Shown here piece by piece: positions 1 through 17,331 of a stretch of 64,000 nucleotides of DNA. Positions within the stretch are counted from its first letter, which is position 1. The number at the start of each line of letters is the position of its first letter. Origin of the DNA: the human T2T-CHM13v2.0 reference genome, Homo sapiens; NCBI RefSeq assembly GCF_009914755.1, contig NC_060932.1. One strand, written 5' to 3'. The notes below the pieces were generated by a model. That model did no database searches. It was not told the origin of the DNA and was given only the letters and a program-made list of their open reading frames with translations. Position numbers and translations under genes: made by a program.

Positions 1-774
1 GCAAGACACTCTTCTAATACTGACCATGAGTTTACCCTCCTTAATACAACCTTATCATGACCTTTATTAATGTTCATTAAAAGAAAATTATATATACCAT
101 GCATATTTGATGAGAAATATAAATAATTTTATATTCAATAGCTCCATCAAGATTTATCATAACAACATAATTTCACTTATAAATATATATTGAGTGTTTT
201 TTCACATTCTTCCAAATATTGCCATTGACCAAAGTTAAAAGAAATGACAATTTGATTTGTCATTTTACTATCCAGTCTCTTAAAGAATGTAATTTAAATA
301 TAGTGTTTAACTATATAAACACATTTGATTATATGTAACAATGGAATAGGAAGATGAGAAGACTGAAAAAGCAGATTTTTTTAAGGCATAGAGTAAAGAG
401 ACTGTCAAGGGAAGAGCAATTACCAAGATATAATTATTCCTTTGAAGACTCATAAATTCATCAGAGATATTATGAACAACTGACACCTCAGCACAAATTA
501 ATTTATCAGTCTAACTTGCCTCATTTTTATGAAGGCCATAAGGGAATTGACAGTGTAGGTTAATTTTTTTTCTTAAAAGCAGACCTGGAACATCTATTTG
601 TGTAGGTTAATTTTGAAGGGTAGAAAGAGCTTAAGGAATGGGATTAAGAAAAGAAAGGATGGATAGAAGTGGAAGAGTTGAGAATATTATCCATTTATCA
701 GTTACCTGGTACAGAATTATGGGATAAAATGAAGGAGAAAAATATGGAAAATAAATAGTGAGACTCTGAGTTGT

Positions 775-1022
775 TATTAATAATAATATTTATTATATAC
801 TTAAAGTTTGCTAAGAGAGTGAGATCCTTCTCACCACCCACCCACACACACATAAGAGGTAACTATGTGAAATGATGGGTGTGTTAATTAACTTGATTGT
901 GGTAATCATTTCATAATGTGTGTATATACATATTATCAACCCATCACATTAAACACCTTAAATATATACAATTATTTTTCAATTGTACCTTCATAAAGCT
1001 AGGGAAAGAATAAAATAAAAAA
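775..1022 (+). mobile_element. L1M (L1MA/L1MB-type) 3' end fragment
   Basis: Typical old-L1 3'UTR text (ggtaactatgtgaaatgatgggtgtgttaattaacttgattgtggtaatcatttcata...aattgtaccttcataaagct) followed by an A-rich tail. Confidence 0.75.
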
Positions 1023-1182
1023 TGTTATTTGCAATTTTGGTCAGATTTCACTCTGTAATAGGCAGTATATATTCTAAATATTACCCAGTAATCATTAATG
1101 ACTACAGAAATTAAATAGTAAAATTTTCGTTGAAGTGAATATTGAAAGATACGTTTTATGCACTTTGAGTCATGATTCTTTA

Positions 1183-1656
<474 letters not shown>

Positions 1657-2243
1657 TCATTCCTGTTATGCTGATTATTTAGTCTATGGATTTTCAAAGA
1701 AAGCTGACTTATCGTTGTTCTGATATAATTATATGCAATGATTGTACCTATTTTATGTGATTAAAAATATAAAATATGTCTAAAATATCAATAAACTTTT
1801 AAATTATCTAAAAGAAAAATAACAAGAACAAAACCTCTGCCATTTTAAAAGCTCTACAGTCTGGCTAAGGTAAGAAATGGGTAATTAATTGACAAAAATG
1901 AAATAGTAAGTTATGAGCACAGAAGTTTAAGTGAACTTTAAGAAGTATCGATTTTTGTATTTGTAATGCTTGTTTGAACAGGGCATAGAATATAATGGCT
2001 ACTGCTTGACAAGTGAGAAAATATAACACCTTACAAAAATACAAAAAAATTGCAAAATAATTAGGAAAACATAAATAGATTTCCAATTAAATGCCTACAG
2101 TAATCAGATTGAAAATATAAAATCAAAATGACTCATTTGAAAATTAAGTATTTTCTAATAAATGCAATATAATATATATGAAGCAAATATAAATAAATTT
2201 CCATCCTCTTAAGAACAATAAAAAAGCAAAATGGGGAAAAATA

Positions 2244-2625
2244 TGTGATAGTCAACTAAGCTAGGCTATAGTCCCCAGTTATTCAATCAAACACTAATCT
2301 AAGTGTCATTGTGAGATATTTTGTAGATGTGATTAAAGTCTACAATTACTTTAAGTAAGGAAGATGAACAGGTGAGCCTAAGTCAATCAGTTTAATGCCC
2401 TTTATTGCATACTGAGGCTTTTCTGATTAAGAAGGAATTCCACATATGGATGGCAGCTTCAGCTCATACATGAGTTCCAACTTGTCCCCCCGCCATGACC
2501 TGTCCCACAGATTTTGGGCTTGTCTTGTCAGTATCCACTATCACATAAGCCAATTCCTTGCAGTTAATGTTTTAATATTTATCTACTACTGGTTTTGTTT
2601 CTCTGGTACAGCCCTGACTAATACA
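2244..2625 (+). mobile_element. MLT2 (ERVL) solo LTR
   Basis: Starts tgtgata, contains ccagttattcaatcaaacactaatct and agccaattcctt, ends ggttttgtttctctggtacagccctgactaataca (MLT2 terminus). Confidence 0.85.
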
Positions 2626-2779
2626 GATAATATATCTCATAAAAATTAGAATTTTAAAAGATTTTAAATTATTAAATTAAGATTATTATCTCAATTCAAT
2701 CTATAATTTACCAAAATTGCAATTAGAATTATAATTGGGTTTTTAAGAACAAATAGCAATTTGTGGTTTCATATTGGTT

Positions 2780-5700
2780 ATATAGGAAACTGGAAACTCC
2801 ATCATTACTGCCATTAAAATTAGAAAAAACCTGGAACAAATCATTTTCTTGAAACCACCTGAGAACTATGGTGATCGGGCAAAGAACTAACACAAGGTCT
2901 TAATGCAAGAAATTATAGAGACAAAATTGCAACATTTGCTAATTTGGGATAGACTTGAGCTCACTGCTAAGTTGTTAAGAATATTGAAGTAGAAATATTC
3001 ACCAAATGGTTAATGCTCAAGTATGGGTTAGCATGAGAGTATAAAAGCACTGGGGGGAAACATCTCCGGGGGAGCGGGGAGAGGGCAGGGATTTATACTT
3101 TCTAATAGGCTTTTCAACCAAGAACTCTGTCAAGAACACTCAGGAAAAATTGAGGCAAATCCTGAGAAAGTGCCTGTCTGGAATATGGAATCGCAAGCCG
3201 CTGCAGAAATCCACCAAGCAGCATCTCCTCTATGGAACAAAAGCCTTAATCTGTAGGGGGAAGAGGCAACACACTGAAAGCACAAACCTGAGGACATTGA
3301 TGGAGACTTGCTGCAGCTTGGTGAAGAGAACAAGAGAAAAAAAGCTTGACATCTAAGAAAGGGGCAAGAACATTTGCTCGGCCCAACATAATTATGGAAG
3401 AAAGAACAGGAACATCTGTGAAGGCCATACCACTAAGAATCAAGCTAACAATGCCTGCCTAGGAGGTTTAATTGGAACGTCTGCCTCTGCTACCTATCCA
3501 ACAAGTGTTGACTAAAAATAATACTGAAACACAGTGGGAATGCTATAAGAGACAGATTCACTCTGGCAAGCAGTGCAAGGGAAAGACACAAAGCCAAGTA
3601 TAAAACACAAAACCAAGCAGAGGTCAAACTTTAAATCCAGTACAATTTCTGACTAGATTAACAGAAAGCTCCATGTTGATGGTCTAACTAAAGGAAAGTT
3701 ATGCTCATCTTCAAGTGTAAAAAAACCCCATAAAATCCCAGTATCTACTGTCCTATAAAATATGTTAGGTTTTCATTAAGATATTACAAAAAAAATACAA
3801 AACATCAAGGAAAAACAAATGAACTAAAAAGACAAAACACTTATATAAGCTAAACTCATATATGGCATAGATGTTTTAACATCAGACAGGTAATTTCAAA
3901 CAACTGTGATTAATATCTTAAAGGTTCCCATGGGAAAATAGATAACAAGCAAGATAAGAAGTATGATATCAGCAAATAAGGCAACCATATAAATGAATCA
4001 AATAGAAACACTAAATATAAAAGTACTGAGATAAAGAATTCCTTTGATGGAATTGTTAATGGGCTGTACATGACTGGAAAAGAAACAGTGAATATAAAGA
4101 TAAGCCAGTCAAAATTACCTTAACTAAAATGCAAAAGGAAAAGAAAACTAAAGGGAAAAGAACTAAAATGCAAAATCTATGGTACAATAGAAAATGGTAT
4201 AACATATACAAACATAAAAACTTAGAAAGAGAAAAAAGAAAAATGAGGAAAAAGAATAGTTAAGAATTCCCAAAATTAGTGATAGAAATGAAAGAACAGA
4301 CCCCCAAAGTTAAGCAGGAAATATGCCAAACACACATACATGTGCACGCGCACACACACACATGTGCACACACACGTGCACACACAAACACACACAAGCT
4401 TAGCACATTCAAACTGCTACAAAGAAAAGATTGAGAGGGAGAGAGAGAGAGAGGAACTAGAAAGCAGCAGAGAAAAAAAGGCACATTGCAGAAATCCAAG
4501 GATAAGATCTACAGTAGATTTGTTGGTTGAATTTATGCAAATAAGAATATGATGGAAAAACATCTTGGATTGCTAAAAGAAAGAATTCTATGTCCAGTAC
4601 ACAAAACCTTAAATATGAAAAGGAAACAAAGACTTTTTCAGAAAACAAAAATAGAGAAAATTTATGACCAGTAGATGTACTCTATAATGAATGTTAGTGG
4701 GGGTTCCTTGGGCAGAAGGAATATGAGATAAACCTCAATTGGATACATATAAAAATATGAAGTGTTGAAAATAAAGGTAAAATATCTATTTACAAATATT
4801 TAATTGCTCCAAAAGATAAATGATGCTAAACCAAACATTTAAAAAATGTATTGTGTGTTTTTAACACATGTAAAAGTGAAATATATGCCATCAAAGGCAC
4901 AAGAGATGAAAGGGAGGAATTGGAAATATATAATTTTTAAATTATGTATGTACATGTAATACCATTTGAAGGTAATCTCAGCTTACATTACAATGTACAT
5001 TATAAATCCAATGTAACAACTCATATTTTTAAAAAGAGGAATAACACCCTTGTCAGTACAGGAGATCAAAATGGCATTAAAAATGCGATTAAACTGAGAG
5101 AAGACAGGGAAACAGCAAACACAAAAACAAAGAGCAAATGGTGCAACAGAAAACAGTTAACAGGATTTTAACCTTTTGTCTGGTGACATCAATAATTATT
5201 TTAAATATTAATCTTCAAAACACAAGTTAAAAATTGATAAAACTGCAACTACACGTAGTCTACAAGTAACCCACTGTAGACATAATGATTCTGATAAATT
5301 AAAATTATCGACAGAGATAACGTGTAAATATTAACCAAAGAAAGCTGGAGCAATTTTATTAATTCCAGGCAAAGTAGACTTCAAAGCTCAGAATTTTATT
5401 AAGAATAAAGAGTGAAATTATATCACTGTAAAGGAGTCAAGTCTCCAAGCATAAATAACGATACTAATTGTGTATGTACCCAACACCTGAGATTCCAAAT
5501 ATATGACAAAAAATAGATTTAAAAGGGAAATGGAAAAATTCACAATTATAACCAGAGACTTCAACATGCTTATATTGGCAATTGATATAAAAAGAGGTCA
5601 GAAAATCAGTAAAGTTATAAGTAACCTAATGAGATCATTATCCAAGTTGACTTCATCTGCTTTTATAGAATATTCCACCCCATAGGAGAGAACATACTCT

Positions 5701-6850
5701 TCTCAAGTGCCACTGTAGTGAAGGCAGTGTAGTACTGGTGAAAGGATTGACAGAGACCAATAAAACAGAATCCATAAAACAGAATAGTGAGCCTCCAAAC
5801 TGACTCACACAAACACAGTTGACTGATTTTTGACAAAGGTGTGAAAGCAATTAAATGTAGAAAAAGTTGTCTTTACTATAAACTGTGCTTGCAAAATTGG
5901 ATATCCATTGAAAGGCCAGTACTTTGACATATACCTCTCACTTTATATAAAACATTTTTATTAAGAACCATAAACCTAAATATAAAATGTAACTATATAA
6001 CTTTTGGAATAAAACATGGGCAAACAATCTCTGTTCTGTGAATTTGAATTTGGCAATGAGTTTTTTTTATAGGACATCAAAAATGTGAACCAAATAAGAC
6101 AAAACATGATAAGTTACTAAATTATAAAAATGTAAAACTTTTGCTCTTCAAAAGGTACTGTTGAGAAAATGAAAAGACAACGTATAGACTGGGAAAAATA
6201 TTTGCAATTCATATATTCTACAAAAGAAATGTATCCTGAAAATGAAAATAACACATAAAACTCAAGAAAATTAATAATGCATTTTAAGAATATAATATTA
6301 AAGATCTGAAAGACACTTTACCAAAAAGTACATTGAGATGGTAAATAAGCATATGAAAGTATGGTCAACATTAAGAAAAATGTCATTAGATACATCCTAA
6401 TTAAGACTCCAAAGTGATAACTACACACCTTTTAACATCTTTAAAATTCTAAAAATTGTGATGATATATCAGGTTGATGAGAATCAAGGGCAACAGGAAT
6501 TATTCCTTGATGGAAGAGATGCAAAATGGTAAAACCACTTTGGTAACAGTATGACAGTTTATTATAAAATTAAAATTAAACATACAGTTGCCATATTACC
6601 CAACCATCTCGTTTCTTGTATTTATTCAAATGAATTAAACTTTTATGTTCACACAGAAGCCTGTATGAAAATGGTCATAGCTGCTATTTATTATAGCCAA
6701 TAACTGGGAAGAGCCAAGGTAATGTTAAACAGGGGAATGCATAAACAACTTTGTACATCCGTGTGATGCTACACTACTCAGCGATAAAAGGAATATTTAT
6801 TCATCCTACTTGAATGAGTCATGAATGCATTTTACTAAAAGAAAGATCCT
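2780..6850 (+). mobile_element. Old L1M (L1MC/L1MD-like): degenerate 5'/ORF1 region, ORF2 endonuclease start, then ORF2 3' end; internally deleted
   Basis: A-rich L1-like strand; EN-region text at 5330-5710 (aagaaagctggagcaattttattaattccaggcaaagtagacttc, gtgtatgtacccaac) abuts ORF2 C-terminal text (gtactggtgaaagga...ctgatttttgacaaaggtg...aaaacttttgctcttcaaaagg). Confidence 0.75.
4330..4396. repeat. Interrupted (CA)n/RY microsatellite
   Basis: acacacatacatgtgcacgcgcacacacacacatgtgcacacacacgtgcacacacaaacacacac read directly. Confidence 0.9.
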
Positions 6851-6889
6851 AGATTTTTAGCGTATACCTCATACAAAAAAATACAAGCC

Positions 6890-7117
6890 AGGCTCCCCTT
6901 TGATAACATTGAAGCATAATATTACTCCGGAGCACCTTGGTGGGATTAGTGTCAGGTTAGAACTTTGCCTGAAATAAATTTCTTGTTCAACTTTTTCCCT
7001 CCCTTTTATCTGTCTTCTGCATTCAATTATAGATTCTTCCAGAAAGCACTTCTTTAATAAATCTTATGCACACAAATCCTTATCTCAGTATCTACTTCTG
7101 GAACTCAAACTACGTCA
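6890..7117 (+). mobile_element. LTR16-family (ERVL) LTR, 3' part
   Basis: aaagcacttctttaataaatcttatgcacacaaatccttatctcagtatctacttctggaactcaaacta resembles the LTR16 polyA signal and terminus. Confidence 0.6.
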
Positions 7118-9211
7118 GGAAAAAAAAGAACTGAAATTGAAGCACTCTCTAAAATCTCCTTAGTGTTTTACGCAATGAAGTTTAAGTTTATAGAGCATTG
7201 TCATTTTGATCTCATAACTGTAGTGTAACAATTAAGAGAGAAGCTTTATGCAATGCACTTAACATATTTCTTGAACAAACACTATAACAAATATTATTAG
7301 TAAACGTGAACAAAAATGATTTTTAAAACATTTTAAAACAGTGAAACCTGCTCCTGAATTTAAAAGTGTAATTAACCATGTAATTGAAGACTGTTCAAAC
7401 TTGTAAATGGGAAATAAATTATAAAGAAGTTTTTGTAATTTTCAGTATTAATTTCTAGATTCCAAAGCAAGAGATATCCTATCTGACTCATGTGTAGTAT
7501 AATATACTTATGTTCAAGAATGCAAAAATGCCTGAAATTTACTTAAGAACCAGCAGAGAAAAGTAGTCACAATGTTTATTTTAGTTGATTGTATTTGTCT
7601 TAAATTTGCTTTAAATAATCAAATTTGTATGCATATATTGATTTGCAAAATATTTATATTGTTTTAATGTAAAATATGATGCAATAAAACATAAACGATG
7701 TTGGATAATGTGATTAAAACAATCCAGTGGTAAGGTATGGTAGCCTAACCATCTGGCTACTTAATCAAACAAGCAATAACTATTATTTGTTGCCACAAAC
7801 TAAATTATACTTAATGAACTTTATGAGATAATTATGGGTTTCTCAATGTGTCATCATGGATAAAAATACTAATTCATGTGTTCAGACAGAGATCCTGATT
7901 TAGTAGATCTTGTGTGGAGCTGCGGTGCTAACGTTCGTATCAAATGCCACAGCTGAGTTATATGCATTTTACCGATAAAAACAGAATTGCCTTGCCAGGT
8001 TAAGGCTATTAACATACTAAGTAAAATAATCTCTAAAGTTATCAGTATGAGTTGAGAAAACTTTGGAAGTTTAAAGAAATGAAATCATTTAATTGGAAGA
8101 CATGAAATCATGACATTTGTTTTCAACCTACAAATTCAAAACACCAAGTTATTGCACATTTGGAGTGACTAATATGCTCTTACTTTTTATGTTATGTAGC
8201 CTAGTTGCCTGGACTGCTATTTGTTTAAATTATTGTACCTACGGGCCTTGAAGCACAATTACCACTTTTAAAAAAACATAATTTAGCAAGTATTACATTA
8301 AAATTTAATACCTTTTACAATATAATAAATTTAGTATATGTGATTTAATAATTTATATAATTAAAAAATTTATGTATTTTTATACAGACATTCTTTTCTG
8401 TAATTATTACGTTCCAAGTGCTAATTTGTGACTTCTGTGTGGTTTGTTCAAATTAACATAAAATTTGTGTTGGGCAATTAATGCTGTTTTTTCTGTTACC
8501 CTAGTAACCAAAAATAATATTTTAATATTGGAAACTCACTTTCTAATAATGAAAACAACGTCCTAAACCCTTTGTGGCTCCAGACATAGCAGCTGTAATT
8601 TTTGTGAGGTTTGTGCATCAGTGCAGAAGGCTTGGTAGAAAATTCAAAGCCAAGGCTAGCAAAGAAAACATGCATGAGAGTTCTAGGCAGGTTCCTTAAG
8701 AAGTACTTCGTTTCTCAGATCAAGAAAAAAAAAATGTGTCCGGCAGAAATGGACAGTTTCTGGGGTTAAGAATAAAACAAAATTAGCTAGAGAAATTATG
8801 CAAGGGCAAAAAAGAAAAAAAAGGATAAATGGACCATTATTAGCAGACAACATAAATTTCTTTCCTGCATAATTTTGCTTAGCTCCTCACTTTCTCCATC
8901 AAGAAATCTTTCTACATTGCTCTATTTGTTAAAATAAAACATGGTTTGATGGAGGTATTTTGACTCTGAGGGATTCATTATAACTCTGTCTCACCTGCAG
9001 AGTAATTGTGAGGGCAGAAAGTTAAGACTTAATTTTTAGAATGGTCTCCATAGTCTAATGTGAAATACAGGTTTCAGAAGTTTTTATTTATTTATTTTTG
9101 TTGTTCATTTCTGTCTTTATTAACTGTCATTCTAAATTCATTGACTTTGCTGGAATCTATGGAAGACTGGTCCAAATTGCTGGTGATAACATAAATTGTT
9201 TTCAATATAAG

Positions 9212-9720
9212 TATTTTTAAGTTTTATTTTTAATCGGCACATAATTGTACGTATTTATGAGGTACAGTGTAACATTTTGCTACATGTGTACATTGTATAA
9301 TGATCACGTCAAGGCATTTAGCTTATCATCACTTCAATAATTTATCATTTATTTGTAGTGAAGACATAGAAAATACTCTTTTAGTTATTTTGAAACATAC
9401 AATAAAAGTATTGTTAACCATAATCACCCTACTGTGTAAGAGACAGCAGAACTTTTTCCTCCTATGTTCCATAATTTTGTTCCCCTTGATCAGTCCCTTT
9501 CCATCCTCTTCTCCCTGCTTCCCTCCCAGCCTCTGGCAACCACTATTGTCTTTTATACTTCCATGAGATCAGCTTTTAAATTCCATAAATGAGTGAGATA
9601 ATGTGATACTTGTCTTTCTGTGTATAGCTTATTTCACTTCACATAAGTCCTTCAAGTTCATCCATGTTGGACTAAATAACAGAATTTCTTTTTTTTTTTT
9701 TAAGGACAAAGAATATTCCA
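9212..9720 (-). mobile_element. L1MA 3' end fragment
   Basis: T-rich start then cacataattgtacgtatttatgaggtaca...tgagtgagataatgtgatacttgtctttctgtg...agttcatccatgttg, the reverse complement of an L1MA 3'UTR/ORF2 end. Confidence 0.85.
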
Positions 9721-9902
9721 AACAAAGCCAAACAATCCATGACCCAGAGTTTGTTCTATTATATTTCCATTGAGATGTGATTATCTCAAAGTCTAGGTTT
9801 AGTCCTTGTTCCAGATTAAAATCTGAAATTGGAAGGTGTAGATAACAACTAGAAATATAGTTGAAAAGAAGCTCCTAATATGGACTCCATTCATGAGGTG
9901 AT

Positions 9903-10232
9903 ATGATACTTAGTCTTATGTAATATCTTGAATGGGCTCTAGTACCCAGTTATTTAATTAAACAATCATCTAGTTGTTGTCATGAAAGTGTTTTGCAGAT
10001 GTATTTGTTTAACACCTACAATCAGTTGACTGTAATTAAAGGAGATTGCCCTCCATAATGTGGATAGGACTCTCATAATCAGTTAAAGGCCTCAGGAGGA
10101 AAAACTGAGGTTTCCCAGATAAGAGATTTGACCTCAGCAGCATCAAACACTGCCTGAGTTTCCAGCCTGTTGACGAGCCCTACAAATTTCAGATCTGCCA
10201 GCCTCCACAATCATGTAAGCCAATTATTTAAA

Positions 10233-10235
<3 letters not shown>
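9903..10235 (+). mobile_element. MLT2 LTR, 5' portion (interrupted by Tigger2)
   Basis: ccagttatttaattaaacaatcatctag...gccctccataatgtggatagg...gcctccacaatcatgtaagccaattatttaaaat, paralogous to the MLT2 at 2244. Confidence 0.85.

Positions 10236-10297
<62 letters not shown>
10234..10297. repeat. (TC)n(TG)n compound microsatellite
   Basis: Read directly; lies in the MLT2 microsatellite-prone segment. Confidence 0.95.
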
Positions 10298-13305
<3,008 letters not shown>

Positions 13306-13311
13306 TATATA

Positions 13312-13587
13312 GCCTATAATTCTAGCACTTTGGGAGGCTGAGGTGGGTGGATTGCCTAAGATCAGGAATTGGAGACCAGCCTGGGCAACATGGTGAAACC
13401 CTGTCTCTACCAAAACAAAAAATTAGCTGGGAGTGGTAGTGTGCGCCTGTATTCCCAGATACTCAGGAGGCTGAGGTAGAAGAATCACTTGAATCCAGGA
13501 GGTGGAGGTTGCGGTGAGCTGAGATCGCACCACTAAACTCTAGCCTGGGTGACAGAGCGATATTCCACCTCAAAAAAAAAAAAAAAG
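13312..13587 (+). mobile_element. Alu (Jb/Sz-like), first ~19 nt missing
   Basis: gcctataattctagcactttgggaggctgagg...agcctgggtgacagagcga plus A tail. Confidence 0.93.
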
Positions 13588-13589
13588 AT

Positions 13590-13643
13590 ACACACACACA
13601 CATACACACACACACACATATATATATATTCTATATATATATA
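13590..13643. repeat. (CA)n(TA)n microsatellite
   Basis: Read directly. Confidence 0.9.
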
Positions 13644-13684
13644 TTCTATTGGTTTTGTTTCTGTAGACAACCCTGACTAATAAA
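13644..13684 (+). mobile_element. MLT2 LTR, 3' terminus (continuation of 9903-10235)
   Basis: ttctattggttttgtttctgtagacaaccctgactaata matches the MLT2 end seen at 2585-2625. Confidence 0.85.
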
Positions 13685-14339
13685 GGTGTCTATTTAAAAT
13701 ATCAAATTATTATATATCTTGACCACAAAAAAATAGACATATGAAAATACCACTAATAAATCTTCTTTCTTTTTTTTCTTAATTGCAACAAAATAAATAA
13801 TTTCAGTAGATAACCTTTTGCACTAGTCTTAATACATAAGCACACATGTGTATGCTGGACATGCACATATATGCACCCAAGTTTCTTTTTCTATTTAGAC
13901 TCTACCTAATGTTATTGGTCTTTGTTAACTCTCTGAACATATTTCAGTGTTGCTTAATATTATGATCAGCATAAGGAATAAAGTTGAGAATGGATCAACA
14001 GTTGACATTTCTTAGAAGGGCTTAACCGAAGATAGTATCCAAGGGATAATGAGATGCCTATGGCTAAGATGTCAAACTTTTTATTTTTATTTGTGTGAAC
14101 CTTTGACAGTAATGAATGGTACACAGTACAAATTCTCCATGAAGGAATGCTCAGAACATTCAAAAGAACAGAGAAGTCAGAGAAGCTTGGAAATATTTCA
14201 CATTACTGAAAGTCATAATAGTGAGATGACAGAATAAAGAATAGAATTGAATAACATTGTCTTTTAATATTTCATTTAAAAATTACTATTAACTTTTATT
14301 TTTACTTTTAGATAATCTCAGGTTTGAACCATTATTTTT

Positions 14340-15316
14340 GAAATGAATAGTGATGATGTTAAAAAATCATGCAAGGGTAAATAATCCATTGAGAGTGCAA
14401 GATAGACTGATGTATTTTAACATAACAGTTCCTTGATGTATTTGAGACTCCACTATGACATGGTATCAAATTTTAAAAATTCACAATGATTTGAAAAAGC
14501 TATTAAAATACTTCTCTGCCAATATATGGTAGCTCATGCCTGTAAAGTCAACAGTTTGAGAGACCAAGATAGGAGAATCCCTAAAGTCAGGAGTTAAAGA
14601 CCAGCCTGGGCAACAGAGCGAGACCTCCTGTTTCTACAAAGAAACTGAAAATTGAAAATTTAGCCAGGCATTGTGACACATGCCTGTAGTTTCTGCTGCT
14701 CAGGAGGCTGAGGCAGGACGATCGCTTGAGTCCAGGAGTTTGAGGCTGCAGTGAACTCTGATTGTTCCACCGCACTGCAGCGTGAGCGACAGAGCAATAC
14801 CTTGTCTCACACAAAACAAACCAAAAAATTCTAATTTTTTCAGCTACAGGAAAGTAATTCCTTAATCTCTAATCAACAATTAAAAATTTTAACTACATAT
14901 TTCTTCATATACTTCAAGTAACACAACCTATCAGGATATATTGAATGTGGAAACAGACAAAAGAATCCAGTTGCCTTCTGCTAAGCCTTTAAAAATTTTT
15001 CAAAAAATGCAAAACAATTCCTGAGTTCTCAGTGTTTATTTTTGTTTTCCAAAATACAGTTATATTATAACTTTATTTTTGTTAACCTATTATAGATTTA
15101 TTGTATCACTTTTAAATGAATTAAGAAATATACTGAACATATTTATTTTAATTTTTAATGTGGTTAATATCAGTAGATAGTAAAAATATCTTTCAAGCAT
15201 TAAATATTAATGTTGTTAAAACTTTATTCCTCTGTACATTTATTTTTTAAATGCTATGTGATGAAATGACAAGTATATACAAAGCAAAGCTGCTGCATAC
15301 TGTAGTACAATAGTTG
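14340..15316 (+). mobile_element. Charlie1-like hAT transposon fragments (split by an AluJ)
   Basis: atccattgagagtgcaagatagactgatgtattttaa...gaaaaagctattaaaatacttctc; ttcttcatatacttcaa...gaatccagttgccttctgctaagcc; 15254-15316 translates LCDEMTSIYKAKLLHTVVQ*L (Charlie/Buster LLHTEVRWL motif). Confidence 0.7.
14517..14828 (+). mobile_element. AluJ
   Basis: Diverged dimer with J-type gcaggacgatcgcttgagtccaggagtttgaggctgcagtga. Confidence 0.92.
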
Positions 15317-16399
15317 GTAAGCTGGTAAGTAATCATTCTAGACTGTAATGACATGCTGAGACTAACAAGTTTGAAAACATCCCATTATGGATTATTCATT
15401 CAAAGGAAATAAATCTGTGCCAGTTTTCATATTAATTTCAATCATATTATAAGGATCCCTTGCTATCTAAATGTCTGCTACCTTGAGAAATTAGAATAAA
15501 TTTCCAAATAAATCCCTTGCTATCTGCATTTTTTCTATTCACTACCTAAAACTTAAATATGAAATATATTTATATGACAAGTTAGTCTGTATTCCAGAAT
15601 CACTTTTAAAATCCATGCTAGCTACAATTTAAAAAATATATAGATTTGGTAATGAAAGGACATTTGCGTCTTAAAAGATTGCATTATCTATTATCTTTCC
15701 ACCACTTTAAGATTCATGGTCAGTTATAGTTTTGTCTCTCCAAACACCCAAGTTTTTCATAAATAGTTTTTTATGATTCAGTTCTATGGAGAACCTTGTT
15801 TAGAATTAGTATCTGTATTTATACAAAATGATTAACTCCTTTTGGCATTGTTGATGAAATCTGTAACTGGCATCTGATGACAACTGAATCAGTGAGCCCA
15901 TCCGCTATTATTTTTGGACAAAAAGTTCTTAATTGGTCTGATGCCCTTAAATGGAAGAAGTTGTTAGCTCTAGAGTTGCCAATTGCGATTTATCACTATG
16001 GGAATTACAAGTTAAGGAAGTCAGAGTCAGAAGCGTGAAACAGATACACATAAAGCAAGAAAAGTAGGAATGAGTAAGGGAAAGAAAAGACTTCTATTTA
16101 TCTTTTGTTGCTGGTCTTATTCTTAACATTAGATCTTAAGATATTGCCCGTGTCACAATACATTTTGATCAGCCTACTTCCATTTGAAAGCAAATTATTC
16201 TAACTCATTAACTTCAAAACTGATCAATTATAATCTCTGATATGATTGTGTCTTCAAGATACATACATAATAATTGTGCCTTGGGCATATTACTTGTGCC
16301 CATGCTATAAAAATTATTATTTGATGGGACCACAAGTTTCTCTTCTAATTTTCTTGTTTTCTTCCTCCATCCTTGACAATTGCATTTTGCAAGTTTCCC

Positions 16400-17010
16400 T
16401 TTGTTCCCCCAGATTTTCACCTTGGCTTTCATTAGCAAATAAAATTTTCCCCATTGACTTCAGCTGCACCTAAGACTTTAAATTTTATCTGTTTACTTGT
16501 AACTTTCAAATCTACATTTCCAACTCTTATCTTTCTTTTGAGAATAAGATTCATTTAATCAGTTACTTGCTAACCCTATCCAATTGCTGCCATACCACAA
16601 ACTTAAATCAAAATTGAATTTTCCATTTCCTACCCCAGATGATCTCTCTTTTCTACTCATCTACATTTCCAGTGAATTGTTTCTCCATCTGCCTATTTAC
16701 TTGAGGAAAACAATCAACATCCTCCTTACAATCAAAGAATCCCTCTCTGTAAAGCTTTACCCACACCATACTTTTATTCACTAATACTGTTAATTGTGTC
16801 TCATAAATAGATCTTAAATAACCTTCTCTCCAACTCTGCAGATTTTTCAATGTTCTTCTGGAAAATTAAAAAGAGACTAAATAATCTACCTAACTGTAAT
16901 CCCCCGCACCTCTAATCCATCTTTTATGTTGTTGGCAAACTAATTCCCAAAATGCAGATCTGACCAAGCCATCTTTCTGAGTATCCTTCTCCCATTGCCT
17001 ATCATCACCA
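16400..17010 (+). mobile_element. L2 fragment
   Basis: Pyrimidine-rich L2 text (aactttcaaatctacatttccaactc, caaaattgaattttcc, aaaatgcagatctgacc). Confidence 0.55.
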
Positions 17011-17331
17011 CCATAGACAGGTATTTCAATCTGATATTGTAGTCTTTGTCTACCGAAATGATCATGAAAAAAGTCAAAAGCAACAGTTTGGTAGAGATAA
17101 GTACAAGTAAACCATGCACAGAAGAGATTTTATATTATACATATAATATGTACATTATATATTTAATCGATATTACCTATATATTACCTAAAATGTATAT
17201 ATTTATGTACATGCATTGAAAGTTATATAATGTTTTACCTGTGGAAAAATATCTGGTTATAGGTGATACTAGCTTGAAGGTAGTGGTCTGTCTGCTTTGG
17301 AAAAAAAACACTGTGTTGACTCTAAGACCAG

